64,000 nt of DNA from an uncultured Chlamydiae bacterium (GCA_963830365.1 CAWHMU010000046.1:1-64000); one strand, 5' to 3'. Shown: positions 9,622-19,740, counted from the stretch's first letter. The notes: a model not told the origin generated them from the letters alone. Numbers and translations: made by a program.

Positions 9622-11416
9622 GCCGACTTCCTATCTCCTTATTGGGTAAGCATTCGCACACAGATCCTGAGGATGCTTTAGTAGACACTTCCTGTTGCAG
9701 TTGCTTTAAAAAAGCTTCCAGTGTCGTCACCCTTTGGGTGGTCTCTTTTGTGACCGAACGCACGGTTATCAGATGCTGTTTTGTTTCTTTTTCGCCTACA
9801 ATCACCATGTAGGGTAATTTTTCATTCTCGGCCGCATGGATTTTAGCCCCCAGGCTTTCGCTCCGCACATCGATGGTCGCTCGAAAGCCTGCGGCTTCAA
9901 GCGCTGTGTACACATCCTGGGCGTAGGCATTATCGCCTTCCTTGACAGGAATCACGCGCACCTGCTCTGGCGCAAGCCACACGGGCAATACACCAGCATA
10001 GTGTTCTACCAATATAGCTACAAAGCGCTCAATGGAACCGAAGAGCGAACGCACTAACATCAGCGGCATCTGCATTTCGTTATTGACTTCCTGATAGCGC
10101 AGATTCAACCGTTCGGGACAATTGAAGTCAAAACCGATATACGGCCCTTTCCATTCCCTGCCTAAGGAATCAATCAGGCGAGCTTCAGCCACGGGGCCAT
10201 TGTAGGCACATTCGGCTTCATCAATGGTATAATTCAGCCCTGATTTCTCAAAGGCAGAAACCATACATTCCGTGCTTTTCTTCCATTTGGCATCCGAACC
10301 GACAACTTTTTGACCGGCAGATCGCTGGCCTTGTCCTTTCAAATACCAATGGTACTCAAAATTGAATATCTTAGTGAATTTATCAATGAATTGCAAGGAA
10401 GAAATCAATTCATTTTCGACTTGCGAGGGAGAACAGAAAATATGGACGTAATCGGCATAGACAAAGCGGGCGTCAAACATCCCCCATAGATGCTTCTTTT
10501 TGTCAGTATTAGCTATGTAGGCGCATTCTGCAAAGCGCACAGGCAAATCGCGATGGGCATGAAATTTAGAGCCGAATATCATGGCATGCACAGGACTTAA
10601 TGTTGGCGGCACCACATAATCGACATCTTCGATTTCGCAGCTCGGTGGATACTCATTTTCAAAAACGTTATCGTAGATACCAAATTTTTGCATGAGTTTG
10701 TCTTTGACAAACGGCGGCGTCACCAAGAAAGAACAGTGTTGCTTGCGATGTTCATTGCGCCACCAATCCAACAGCACCTCGCGTAAAACGGCGCCATTAT
10801 GATGCCAAAACCAGGCGCGCGTGCTGGCATCTTCATGCATAGCGAAGAGATCAAGGGTTTTGCCTAGCTGACGGTGGTCGCGCTTCCGGCCGGACACCAG
10901 CGTTTTCAAATATTTTTTCAGAGCATAGGTGTCTGGAAATGCAGTGCCATGAATGCGAATGACAGGCACCACCCCCTCTTCAAGAAGAAAATGGGTGGTA
11001 GCTTCGACATTAAGCAGTTTAAAAGCGCCCACATCCTGTGTTTCTGCAATATGCGGAAAAGGACAGTAGTCATGGAACTCACCCACCTGAAAAATGGATA
11101 CGATATTTTCGCGTGCTTCGCGCACGCGTTGGGCGATAAATGGCTGCTCTTTATGTTCAAAAAATTGGGCCGCATTTTCGCGCATCATATCGAGCGTGCG
11201 CACTTCGACATTTTGTTTGACGAGGGCGCGCAACTTTTCTTCCATAAGCGTAAGCGCTTGCATATCAATCGGCTGCTCAGCGATAAAATCGTAATAAAAA
11301 CCAAATTCAGTCGCAGAACTGTTGACCATATAGGCGCCGGGAAATAAATCGGTAACTACGCAGGCTAAAAGCTCTGCTGCTGATTGGCGCAGGTGGGAAA
11401 GGGATAATGCCGTCAT
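9611..11416 (-). CDS. thrS: Threonine--tRNA ligase homologue, degenerate (predicted catalytically inactive)
   Basis: GFYYDF, RDHRQLG, RDLPVRF, HIFC, AYNGP, FGSIERF, LPVWLAPEQV, anticodon-binding domain; lacks the TGS domain and several catalytic residues. Confidence 0.85.
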   Translation of the reverse strand: MTALSLSHLRQSAAELLACVVTDLFPGAYMVNSSATEFGFYYDFIAEQPIDMQALTLMEEKLRALVKQNVEVRTLDMMRENAAQFFEHKEQPFIAQRVREARENIVSIFQVGEFHDYCPFPHIAETQDVGAFKLLNVEATTHFLLEEGVVPVIRIHGTAFPDTYALKKYLKTLVSGRKRDHRQLGKTLDLFAMHEDASTRAWFWHHNGAVLREVLLDWWRNEHRKQHCSFLVTPPFVKDKLMQKFGIYDNVFENEYPPSCEIEDVDYVVPPTLSPVHAMIFGSKFHAHRDLPVRFAECAYIANTDKKKHLWGMFDARFVYADYVHIFCSPSQVENELISSLQFIDKFTKIFNFEYHWYLKGQGQRSAGQKVVGSDAKWKKSTECMVSAFEKSGLNYTIDEAECAYNGPVAEARLIDSLGREWKGPYIGFDFNCPERLNLRYQEVNNEMQMPLMLVRSLFGSIERFVAILVEHYAGVLPVWLAPEQVRVIPVKEGDNAYAQDVYTALEAAGFRATIDVRSESLGAKIHAAENEKLPYMVIVGEKETKQHLITVRSVTKETTQRVTTLEAFLKQLQQEVSTKASSGSVCECLPNKEIGSRLES

Positions 11417-11520
11417 AAAATAATAAGGAGGATACAAACTGCAAGATGAAATGTAAGAGCGGCGCTTGGCCCCTTTTCAGCATTCATCTTTCAGCATTCA
11501 TCCTTTAAGTAGTGCGGGAT

Positions 11521-11594
11521 TGGGATATAGCTGACTCGAACAGCTGACCTCCACGATGTCAACGTGGCGCTCTAACCAACTGAGCTAATACCCC
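11521..11594 (-). tRNA. tRNA-Val(GAC)
   Basis: Reverse complement GGGGTATTAGCTCAGTTGGTTAGAGCGCCACGTTGACATCGTGGAGGTCAGCTGTTCGAGTCAGCTATATCCCA folds as a cloverleaf with GAC anticodon; CCA not encoded. Confidence 0.96.
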
Positions 11595-11920
11595 TTATTG
11601 ACGATCCAAGACGGGCCGATGAAAGCTCGTCATGGAAAGGATAGACATTAGCCGAAACCAATCAATTTGTGCAACAAGAAAAGTCTCAATCTTTTGAAAT
11701 GCCTTTTGAGCCTGTTGTAGGTAGCTGTATGGTATCTTTGCAAAAATAGATCGTGCACCATAGCCAGCAAGCAAAAAATCCAGTAAATAGACCTCTTACA
11801 GTTAACAACGGACCAAATAATTAAAGCTTACCAAAATCTAAGGATCTAATACTTTTACCTGCCAAAGGTCCTGATTTGTCTGATGAACCATAATTTCATA
11901 ACCACATACAAAGTGTTGAT

Positions 11921-12320
11921 GTGCCCAGAGGAGGGCACGATGGGGATAGCCTTTAATAATGGTTTTGCCGGCAATAATGTCATTCACACAGTAAATGCAA
12001 GCGCATCAGGTGAAGAGAATCAGAAGGGAAGCTGAGACCCTAATTGCCACCCAACCCTCAGCTAGAATTTGTTTGAGCGCGCCATCAATTGCCTATAACG
12101 TCTTGGCAAGGAAAGACCCATGCCAGCTACGCTATCGTTGTAGCTGACGCACTCGGACAATTCTAGCAAAGGTTTGGATAGCAATTAGGGTCTGAGGCCC
12201 GATCGAAGATAAGGACTTAGAATGCGATCATGACAACGCGCAGAATATGGCCTGGATTGAAATGAAATTGCGTAAGCAGAACTACTCATCTATGGCATAT
12301 CCGTTCACGGAGCCGGGAAT
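11921..12320 (+). mobile_element. Probable 5' (domain I) remnant of a group IIB intron / large structured RNA
   Basis: Nested long stems (agaccctaattgc/gcaattagggtct; gctagaattt/aattctagc; cagctac/gtagctg; tgtcat/atgaca) and motifs agggtctgagg, ttgcgtaagcagaac, ggcatatccgtt resembling IIB domain I as I recall it; no RT ORF or domain V seen. Confidence 0.5.
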
Positions 12321-12331
12321 TAGACATACGA

Positions 12332-12490
12332 CCTTCAGCCTAGGATATTTATTTGTTTCACCTAGGACGTTGCCCTAGGCTATTATATTTCAGGGTGTTG
12401 CCCTGAGAATTGAGTTCAGGCTGAAAACCTGATTTATAAAAGCCTAGGGCAACGCCCTAGGTGGAATATATAAAAAACTCAGGCTGAAGG
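12332..12490. repeat. Nested palindromic REP-like element
   Basis: ccttcagcct...aggctgaagg outer IR; cctaggacgttgccctaggc / gcctagggcaacgccctagg inner IR. Confidence 0.8.
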
Positions 12491-12491
12491 C

Positions 12492-13097
12492 TTAATGTAT
12501 AGTTTCCGACCCCGTGAACGGATACTCTATGGCTTGTGACAAAGTTTCAAAAGCAAGTGCAGAGTAAATTGCAAAGGGGTGTTCGACGGGTACTAGGTAG
12601 TTTATAATCTCGTCATTCACAGCCGCCATATCATCTTTATCATCATTTCTAGCAGCGTCTGGTATCAGGAAAATTGGATTTGTGTGCGTTGCCCTAGGGG
12701 AGATGAGCTGTGGGGAGATGATCTTTTTTTCTTCAGGTTCTAGGACAGACGGATGAGATGTTTTTGGTTGCTGGTCTCGTATTATTGTCACTTCTGGATT
12801 AGAACTCCGAGAGGCATTGTCATCATTGTCTTCAGGATCATCCGGGCTTAAGGATAATTCAGATGATGGATAAAGATCATCCGATTTGGAGACGGGATTA
12901 ACTTTATGCCATTCAATTATCTTTCTAAATCTATCAGGGTTGTCCGCTTGCCTGGGGTTATTTAAGGCAGAGAGAGCCAGAACAACAGGGGGCGGTGTTG
13001 CTAAAACAGACAGAGAAGGTGGTGATAGATCGGGTGCAACAGTTGCTTGAACAGGCTGGCAGCACGATCCAAAATACCGGGTGAGACAAGAAAACAT
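12492..13097 (-). CDS. Hypothetical low-complexity protein (effector candidate)
   Basis: 201-aa ORF, Ser/Pro/Asp-rich, with Cys-rich N-terminus MFSCLTRYFGSCC. Confidence 0.6.
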   Translation of the reverse strand: MFSCLTRYFGSCCQPVQATVAPDLSPPSLSVLATPPPVVLALSALNNPRQADNPDRFRKIIEWHKVNPVSKSDDLYPSSELSLSPDDPEDNDDNASRSSNPEVTIIRDQQPKTSHPSVLEPEEKKIISPQLISPRATHTNPIFLIPDAARNDDKDDMAAVNDEIINYLVPVEHPFAIYSALAFETLSQAIEYPFTGSETIH

Positions 13098-13272
13098 ATT
13101 AGAATTCCGATGTATTAATGATGTTAATTTATTTGTTTACGTCCTAATGCGACAGGTTAACTTAAATAGTTGTATCGCATGCAATTGATTTAACGCAATC
13201 TAAATAATTACATTTATCATTCCATTAATAAATCCTATTCGTCCTACTAATAAGTAGTTCATCCGGCAAATA

Positions 13273-13480
13273 GTTCATCACGCAAATGAGTACCTAATTA
13301 ACAAAACCTTAAGAGCAATCTCCATCTTCCTTCTCCGTGCCTCTGTGTCTCGGTGGTGAAGCTTTTTGTAACACTTTGATTAATAATGCTATACCACTTG
13401 TAAGCAGATTTCACCACCGAGGCACAGGGGCACAGAGAAGGTCGGGAAAACCTCATAGCTACGCATTTGTGTCATGAGCC
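13273..13480 (+). mobile_element. MITE-like element, family A, left copy
   Basis: Terminal IR gttcatcacgcaaatgagta / tacgcatttgtgtcatgagc; internal IR ctctgtgtctcggtggtgaa / ttcaccaccgaggcacag. Confidence 0.8.
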
Positions 13481-13618
13481 AATAATTATGAGCGCGATTA
13501 AAATTCAAATCATTGACGACAACTATAAGTTTTAGTAAATAGTTAGCTAAACTCAGACCTTAGCGAGTTTGGGCTATTTCCCGATTATTAAAGCTTTTCA
13601 TTTCCGCTGAACGTTAAA

Positions 13619-14176
13619 ATGGAGTTACTTATGTCTGCTGCGACACTTCATGATGGATCCAATCATGGTTTGAAAATCCCTGCCACCCCTCCCCCTCTCC
13701 TCACCAGCGCCAGAATCATCGTTTCTGAAGAGAATCTCACCCAAGACCAGCACATCCACGCCTTTGCCAAAGAATTGTTTCAGCGCTTGGACAAAAGCTG
13801 CAACACCTTTAGTTCAGCCAATGAATTGATAGGCAAGATGGTGCTTCACAAGGATTTAGGCCGCAACTACGAAAACGGCCCTCTCGATGATTTAAACTTC
13901 AGTGCCGTATCATATACAGCAAAATACATCCGCGCTGTCTTCGACACCGCTAACATGACTGTGAGACGCAACATCGATGACATGTCATATTTATACATAT
14001 TCTTCCCTCCCAAGGCAGATATCTCTTCCTCCAGCCCGCAGACATCATCCTCGGCTGGACTTTCTGGAAGCGGCTCTACAAGCACTGAAACCCTTGATAA
14101 GGCATCATCATCAGCTTCCACATCAGCTATACAACCAGCAACTACTGAAGAGTTGATAGCATTAGCTCTAGCTTGA
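13619..14176 (+). CDS. Hypothetical protein with Ser-rich tail
   Basis: 185-aa ORF (likely start MSAAT at 13631 after ggag) enclosed by inverted family A elements. Confidence 0.65.
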   Translation: MELLMSAATLHDGSNHGLKIPATPPPLLTSARIIVSEENLTQDQHIHAFAKELFQRLDKSCNTFSSANELIGKMVLHKDLGRNYENGPLDDLNFSAVSYTAKYIRAVFDTANMTVRRNIDDMSYLYIFFPPKADISSSSPQTSSSAGLSGSGSTSTETLDKASSSASTSAIQPATTEELIALALA

Positions 14177-14259
14177 TCAACCGCTGCAAAATAGTCCGAA
14201 TCGCCTAGCATGTTATACCACACGCGGCTAGGTTTTGCGATTTGCGATAGCCTAAAAAC

Positions 14260-14467
14260 GGCTTCATCACATAAATGAGAACCCGTGAGGTTTTCCCGAC
14301 CTTCTCTGTGACTCTGTGCCTCTGTGGTGAAATCTGTTTGCTGGTGGTATAGTATCATTAATCAACATGTTACGAAAACTTCACCACCGAGACACAGAGG
14401 CATAGAGAAGGAAAATGGAGCTTGCTCTCAATTTTTTGATAATTAGGTACTCATTTGTGTGATGAAC
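14260..14467 (-). mobile_element. MITE-like element, family A, inverted right copy
   Basis: Matches the reverse complement of 13273-13480 over ~205 bp. Confidence 0.8.
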
Positions 14468-14544
14468 CTGAATTTGCATAACGCATTTAATTAAAAACAA
14501 ATATAACAAATCATACCTGAGGTTATCAAGAAAAGGAGACCTAT

Positions 14545-15855
14545 ATGGATCCTGTTGACAGAAGTTGTTATGCTTCTAAAGAACTTTACTCTGGAAGACA
14601 GTCCGGTAGAGGATCCAATAAAGATAATAGCTGCGGAATTTTGGCTAAAATGTTGAAGGTTGCCGGCGTGGCTTTTGTAGCCTATTTGGCATCTGGCAGC
14701 GTCGCAACAGCCAGCGCCGTGCCATTCAAGCACAATTCTTCAGCTCTTCAGCCATCAAATGATCCCCTATCAATTGCCCGCACCACTATTCCTGCCGTTA
14801 TCCACTCTTTAAACGCTACCCACGCCTTCAGCAAGGAACAAAATGGCTTAATCTCGTGCGAAGTTAAAAGTGCGGTCAATACAGCTAAAATCAGCCTGCA
14901 TATGGTTGGAGGTAGTGACGAGAAGGGCACCTTCTCCGACCTTAAGACCACCGGGGAGGTTGCTGAGACGACATGGCAGGATAGTTTCTTAAAGCGGCTT
15001 GTAGGAATGACTCCAAAACAGTCCCCTGAGAATATGTGCGAAGAAATTGACCACCCATGCGCTGGACCTTTGACCGATGCGCAGAAGCTGCCACGTGCCG
15101 GAATGCCGCAGTTCACCTCGGCGGTATTAAAGAAATTTCAAGAAAACCTCAAAGAAATGGGTTATCATATAGAAGAAAAATATGTTCCTACAGACACCTT
15201 GCGGCCAATGCAGTTAGAAATCGGCAATTCGATTGTTGAGAGGAATCTCCACCGCGAATCGGCGAGCCGGCCAATTTTTGTGGTTGAAGTGCTGGTAAAT
15301 GGAAAAATAGAGCATATGATATTGGACGGCCATCATGGAGCCTTTATCACAAAGAAACAAAATAAACGGTCGGGAAAAAATTTACAGCAGAATGCCATTC
15401 TTGTTTCAAAACGGGATAAGGATGGACTGCCGACACTGACGCCTTTGCACGCGCTAGCACTGCTCAAAGCATCAAAGAACTTTCCCGGCGTGACTTCCGG
15501 ATTGACCACCAGCTCCAAATCCCCACAGCGGCTGGCCTTTGAGAACCAGCAGAAAATAGGCCCTTTATTAAACAAATTGTACGGTGATTTTGTAGACGAA
15601 ATTGTAAATAACTTAGGTAAATGGCGCAAAGAAAGCTCATGGCATAACCAAGAGTTGAAAGCGATATTGGACAAATACCAGCATGGGGCCGACATACTAT
15701 CGGAACAGTATATCCCGACTGCAAATGCCAAAGAAATTATTGCAGATTTGAAGAGAGCCTGTGCATTGATGAACCATGGGCTTCACCATACAAATCTCCA
15801 GGTGCTGGCAGCGGAGGAGATGATCAACCAAATCGAAAACCAAGCGACCAGCTAA
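14545..15855 (+). CDS. Membrane-anchored protein with ParB/Sulfiredoxin-like domain
   Basis: aggag RBS; hydrophobic segment VAGVAFVAYLASGSVA; LRPMQLEIG...RPIFVV...HMILDGHHG resembles the ParB/Srx core. Confidence 0.6.
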   Translation: MDPVDRSCYASKELYSGRQSGRGSNKDNSCGILAKMLKVAGVAFVAYLASGSVATASAVPFKHNSSALQPSNDPLSIARTTIPAVIHSLNATHAFSKEQNGLISCEVKSAVNTAKISLHMVGGSDEKGTFSDLKTTGEVAETTWQDSFLKRLVGMTPKQSPENMCEEIDHPCAGPLTDAQKLPRAGMPQFTSAVLKKFQENLKEMGYHIEEKYVPTDTLRPMQLEIGNSIVERNLHRESASRPIFVVEVLVNGKIEHMILDGHHGAFITKKQNKRSGKNLQQNAILVSKRDKDGLPTLTPLHALALLKASKNFPGVTSGLTTSSKSPQRLAFENQQKIGPLLNKLYGDFVDEIVNNLGKWRKESSWHNQELKAILDKYQHGADILSEQYIPTANAKEIIADLKRACALMNHGLHHTNLQVLAAEEMINQIENQATS

Positions 15856-15883
15856 TAATATGGTCCATCAGCATGGTGAAAAT

Positions 15884-17725
15884 TTAGACTGGCTTCTTTT
15901 GGGCGATGAAATCGCTTAAGGCTTTGACGTTGGCGGCTGAGATGCCTGGCACGGCTTTGAGGTCTTCTGCGGAAGCTTCCAGCAGTTTTTTGACGCTGCC
16001 GAAATGCATGAGCAGGGCTTTGCGCTTGGCAGGGCCGATGCCGACGATCTCATCCAGGACACTTGCCACATTTTTCTTGCTGCGCAGCTTGCGATGGAAG
16101 GTGATGGCGGTGCGGTGGGCTTCGTCGCGGATCTGCTGCAGCAAAAACAAGACCTGCGAATTGTTGCGAAGGATAATGGGGTCTTTTACATTCGGCAGGA
16201 ATACCTGCTCGAGCGTCATCCCCTTGTCGTGCCTCCCCTCTTGCTTGGCCAGGCCGATGACATCCACCGCGGCGGCGATATTGAGATCAGAAAGAACCTT
16301 GAGTGCTATATTCAGATGCCCCTTGCCGCCGTCGACCAGCAGCAGGTCCGGGAAATCGTCTTCATCTTTAGCGCGCTTAAAGCGGCGTTCGAGCGCCTCG
16401 CGCATGGCGGCATAGTCATCGCTTTCGGTCGTCTGGCGGATCTTATATTTGCGGTAGCGCGCAGTCTCCTTTACCCCTTCATAAAAAGCCACCAGAGAAG
16501 AGACGACCAGGGTGCCGGCGGTATTGGAGTTGTCGAAGCACTCGATGCGGCGGGGGTAGCGGGATAGATGGAAGCGCTCCTGCATTTCAAGCAGCACTTT
16601 TTCCCGTATAGCCTGGGCGTCTTTCCCCTTCTTGAAGGTCGCTTCGGCATTGGCCAGGGCCATGTCGATCAAGGCTTTCTTCTCCCCTTTTTGGGGCGTC
16701 AGGATATGCACGCGGCGTTTATTTGCCGAGATGATATCGCTGATGGCTTCAATATCTTCGGCTGCTAGCAGGACGGGAAGCAGGATCTCGCGCGGCAGCT
16801 GGCTTTGCTTTTCGTAGTGCTGCAGCATAAACGTCTCCAGCAGTTCGGCGTCTTCTTCGCCGATGTTGGAAAAATTGTAATCGCAGGAGCCTGTCAGCTT
16901 GCCGCCGCGGAAAATCAACTGGGTCAGTATGACCTCATCGCCCTGCCTATAAATCCCCAAGGCATCGATGTCGATGCCCAGCAGCTTATCGACATTTTGC
17001 CCTTCAAGGGTCTTTTCGATATGGCTGATGGTCTTGAGGATGGCGCCGGCCTTTTCAAACTCCAGAGCCTCGGCCGCGCGCTGCATCTCCTCATACAGAT
17101 CCTTCACCACCTCGCGATCCTGTCCGCGCAGGAATTTGTCGGTGCGTTTGACGAGCCTATCGTATTCTTCTTTAGTACATTTATTGACGCATGGCGCAAC
17201 GCAGCGCTTCATATCATAGAGGATGCATGGCCGGGTGCGGCGGGCCAGCTCCTGATCGGAACATTGGCGTAAGGGGAACAGGCGGTGGAGCAGGTCGAGC
17301 GTCTGGCGGGCGGCTTCAGCGCTGGTATACGGACCGAAGTAGGTGGCGCCGGGCTTGGGACTGCCTTTGTACCTTATCAACGACACCATGGGCCACTTGT
17401 GCTTATCATTGATTCGCAAAGCGATGTAGGCCTTGTCGTCTTTTAGAAGCGCATTATAGCGCGGCTTATGCTGCTTGATGAAGGTATTTTCAAGCAGCAA
17501 GGCTTCCTTTTCTGAAGTGACGACGATGGTATCGATCGTTTCTACTTTAGGAATCAGAAAAGGGATCATGGCGCGGCCGTCGCCTCTTGGCAAGAAGTAT
17601 TGCCTGAGGCGCTGGCGCAGATTTTTTGCCTTGCCTACATATAGGATGGTGGCATCATGCCCCTTCATGAGGTAGACGCCGGGCTGCACGGGGAAGGTAT
17701 TTAGATCGTCGCGATTAAATGGCAT
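15884..17725 (-). CDS. uvrC: Excinuclease ABC subunit C
   Basis: PGVYLM, YVGKAKNLRQR, RIECFDNS, DLLLVDGGKG, RDEAHR, HhH tail. Confidence 0.97.
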   Translation of the reverse strand: MPFNRDDLNTFPVQPGVYLMKGHDATILYVGKAKNLRQRLRQYFLPRGDGRAMIPFLIPKVETIDTIVVTSEKEALLLENTFIKQHKPRYNALLKDDKAYIALRINDKHKWPMVSLIRYKGSPKPGATYFGPYTSAEAARQTLDLLHRLFPLRQCSDQELARRTRPCILYDMKRCVAPCVNKCTKEEYDRLVKRTDKFLRGQDREVVKDLYEEMQRAAEALEFEKAGAILKTISHIEKTLEGQNVDKLLGIDIDALGIYRQGDEVILTQLIFRGGKLTGSCDYNFSNIGEEDAELLETFMLQHYEKQSQLPREILLPVLLAAEDIEAISDIISANKRRVHILTPQKGEKKALIDMALANAEATFKKGKDAQAIREKVLLEMQERFHLSRYPRRIECFDNSNTAGTLVVSSLVAFYEGVKETARYRKYKIRQTTESDDYAAMREALERRFKRAKDEDDFPDLLLVDGGKGHLNIALKVLSDLNIAAAVDVIGLAKQEGRHDKGMTLEQVFLPNVKDPIILRNNSQVLFLLQQIRDEAHRTAITFHRKLRSKKNVASVLDEIVGIGPAKRKALLMHFGSVKKLLEASAEDLKAVPGISAANVKALSDFIAQKKPV

Positions 17726-17764
17726 GTCATCTACAAGCAATCGTATTTAGCATAAAATAAAGAA

Positions 17765-17851
17765 TTTCACCACAGAGACACAGAGGCACAGAGAAAAATC
17801 CAGCCGATCCGGTGAATCTTTCTCTTTGACTCTGTAGTCTCTGTGGTGAAA
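17765..17851. repeat. Short family A palindrome
   Basis: tttcaccacagagacacagagg...ctctgtagtctctgtggtgaaa. Confidence 0.75.
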
Positions 17852-17891
17852 ATTAAAGCAAATGAAATTTATTGGCGACTGGTTTTCGTGC

Positions 17892-19007
17892 TTAGTCCAC
17901 CAGGTCAAGCTTACCGGCTACGCTGGCTACAGCTGGCGTGCTGCACGTTGACGTGCCACAAGCCGAGGCCGTATTTTCCGCTTCCTGCATGGCCAATTGT
18001 CCGCAAGCGGCGGCGATGTCTTCGCCTTTAGTATAGCGGCAGGTGTTGACGATGCGCGAACCGAAAAGGACGCTGCGGAATTGTTTGACGGCTTTCTTAT
18101 CCGGACGTTTTAGGCGCAGCCCGGCGACAGGATTGTAAGGGATGAGGTTGACGGTGCATTGCTTGCCGTGCAATAGATGTGCCAGTTCATGGGCATGGTC
18201 GGGATGGTCGTTGATGCCGGCGATGAGAGTATATTCGAAAGTGATGTCGCGCTTGGTCTTGCGCGAATATTCATCCATAGCCTTTAAGATGTCCTCCAAA
18301 GGATATTTACGCGCATAAGGGATGATCTTCAGGCGGATCTTCTGGTTTGGGGCATGCAGCGACAGCACCAAATTAACCTTCAGCCCTTCCGTGGCCAGGC
18401 GCTTGATGCCTTCTACGATGCCCACGGTGGAGACCGTGATGCGGCGTTCAGACAGATTGAGCAGATCGGTTTCGCCCAGCAGGCGGATCGATTTTATGAC
18501 CGAATCATAATTTTTCAAAGGCTCGCCCATGCCCATATAGACGACATGCGAGACTCTTTCCTCTTTAGCTTGCAGCCAGGCGTTGATTTTGACCACCTGC
18601 TCGAGGATTTCGGCCGGGCGCAAATTGCGCACGAAGCCTTCTTTGCCAGAGGCGCAGAAAGCGCATTTGGCCGGGCATCCCACCTGTGAGGAGACGCATA
18701 CCGTGCGCCTGTCGCCGGCACAGATCAAGACGGACTCGACATGGCGCCCATCGCGCATCTTCCATAGGAATTTGTATGTCTCCTGATCTTCGGAGTCTTG
18801 AATGCGCACGAGTTCGAGCACAGACAATTTGATGAGGGTGGGCAGTTTTAGGCGCAGCTCTTTGCTAAGATTGCTCATGGCATCCCAGTCGAGCACACCC
18901 TTATTATAGACCCAGTCGATTACCTGGCGGGCCTGAAATTCTTTTAGACCCTGCTCCGTAAATAGTGTCACGAGTTCGGCCGCACTTAATTCAAAAAAAT
19001 CGCGCAT
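17892..19007 (-). CDS. rlmN: 23S rRNA/tRNA m2A methyltransferase RlmN
   Basis: CVSSQVGCPAKCAFC, MGMGEP, SLHAPN, NLIPYN, AACGQL. Confidence 0.97.
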   Translation of the reverse strand: MRDFFELSAAELVTLFTEQGLKEFQARQVIDWVYNKGVLDWDAMSNLSKELRLKLPTLIKLSVLELVRIQDSEDQETYKFLWKMRDGRHVESVLICAGDRRTVCVSSQVGCPAKCAFCASGKEGFVRNLRPAEILEQVVKINAWLQAKEERVSHVVYMGMGEPLKNYDSVIKSIRLLGETDLLNLSERRITVSTVGIVEGIKRLATEGLKVNLVLSLHAPNQKIRLKIIPYARKYPLEDILKAMDEYSRKTKRDITFEYTLIAGINDHPDHAHELAHLLHGKQCTVNLIPYNPVAGLRLKRPDKKAVKQFRSVLFGSRIVNTCRYTKGEDIAAACGQLAMQEAENTASACGTSTCSTPAVASVAGKLDLVD

Positions 19008-19272
19008 AAATGATATCTAATTGTTAGATGAGTTTAATTTACAAAAGGAAGATTATATAAAAAACAAAATTAAATTACCAAACAATTCGCACGCGCCAGC
19101 GCACATACTTTGTATCGAACTTTGCCAGTAGCCGTTCAGGCATGGCGCATGGCATGGACCAAACGGACGATTTTTGGTGCTCATGTAATTTGGTGCTCAT
19201 GGGATAAAGACTCAAAATCGTTTGCTTCGTCCATGCTGTCCGCTTCGTCCGCTTTGTCCTTCCACCCTACAT

Positions 19273-19740
19273 TTACCCTAGCAAGTGGGCGTTTTTATCC
19301 AGGAATTCGTTTTTCCAATGATAGGCATCTAGCAAGCCTGTGACATCGCGTCCTAAAATCGCATAGGAGATATAAAGGGCTTCCACCGAAGCCAGGCCAT
19401 CATCCGGCTCAGGACAATCGTCCTGGCGGCGCGGATACGCTGTGCGGAAGCCTGCCGGGATGCTGCGCACCTCCATTTTAGTCTGGCTATCGACAAACTG
19501 CCGCATCTTGATGGCATAGCGCCAGGTGGCATCGAGAAGAAAAAGACCGTGGCCGGCATCGGCGATGGTTAGCGGCGGACCATCCATGGCCAGCAGCACA
19601 TGGGCAGACAAATCCGGTAAAATAGCAGTGGGATAGGTGTAAAAGCGGAAGTCCGGCCGCAATTCCAATCCTCGCAAGCTGCATTTTTTTAAATTCTCGC
19701 GGCGATGGCGCAAAACATAAGTAGGAGGAAATGATTGCAT
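19273..19740 (-). CDS. TDD-superfamily (Tsr3/DTW-like) aminocarboxypropyltransferase-like protein
   Basis: ENLKKCS, LLDATWRYA, LASVEALY motifs. Confidence 0.65.
   Translation of the reverse strand: MQSFPPTYVLRHRRENLKKCSLRGLELRPDFRFYTYPTAILPDLSAHVLLAMDGPPLTIADAGHGLFLLDATWRYAIKMRQFVDSQTKMEVRSIPAGFRTAYPRRQDDCPEPDDGLASVEALYISYAILGRDVTGLLDAYHWKNEFLDKNAHLLG

Noticed and set aside
11921..12320. RNase P RNA or tmRNA
   Set aside because: No GAGGAAAGUCC RNase P signature and no tRNA-like GGGG...UUCGA...CCA ends with a tag ORF
11521..15860. Integrase-driven genomic island at tRNA-Val
   Set aside because: No integrase and no duplicated tRNA 3' end seen; the accessory patch lies on the 5' side of the tRNA
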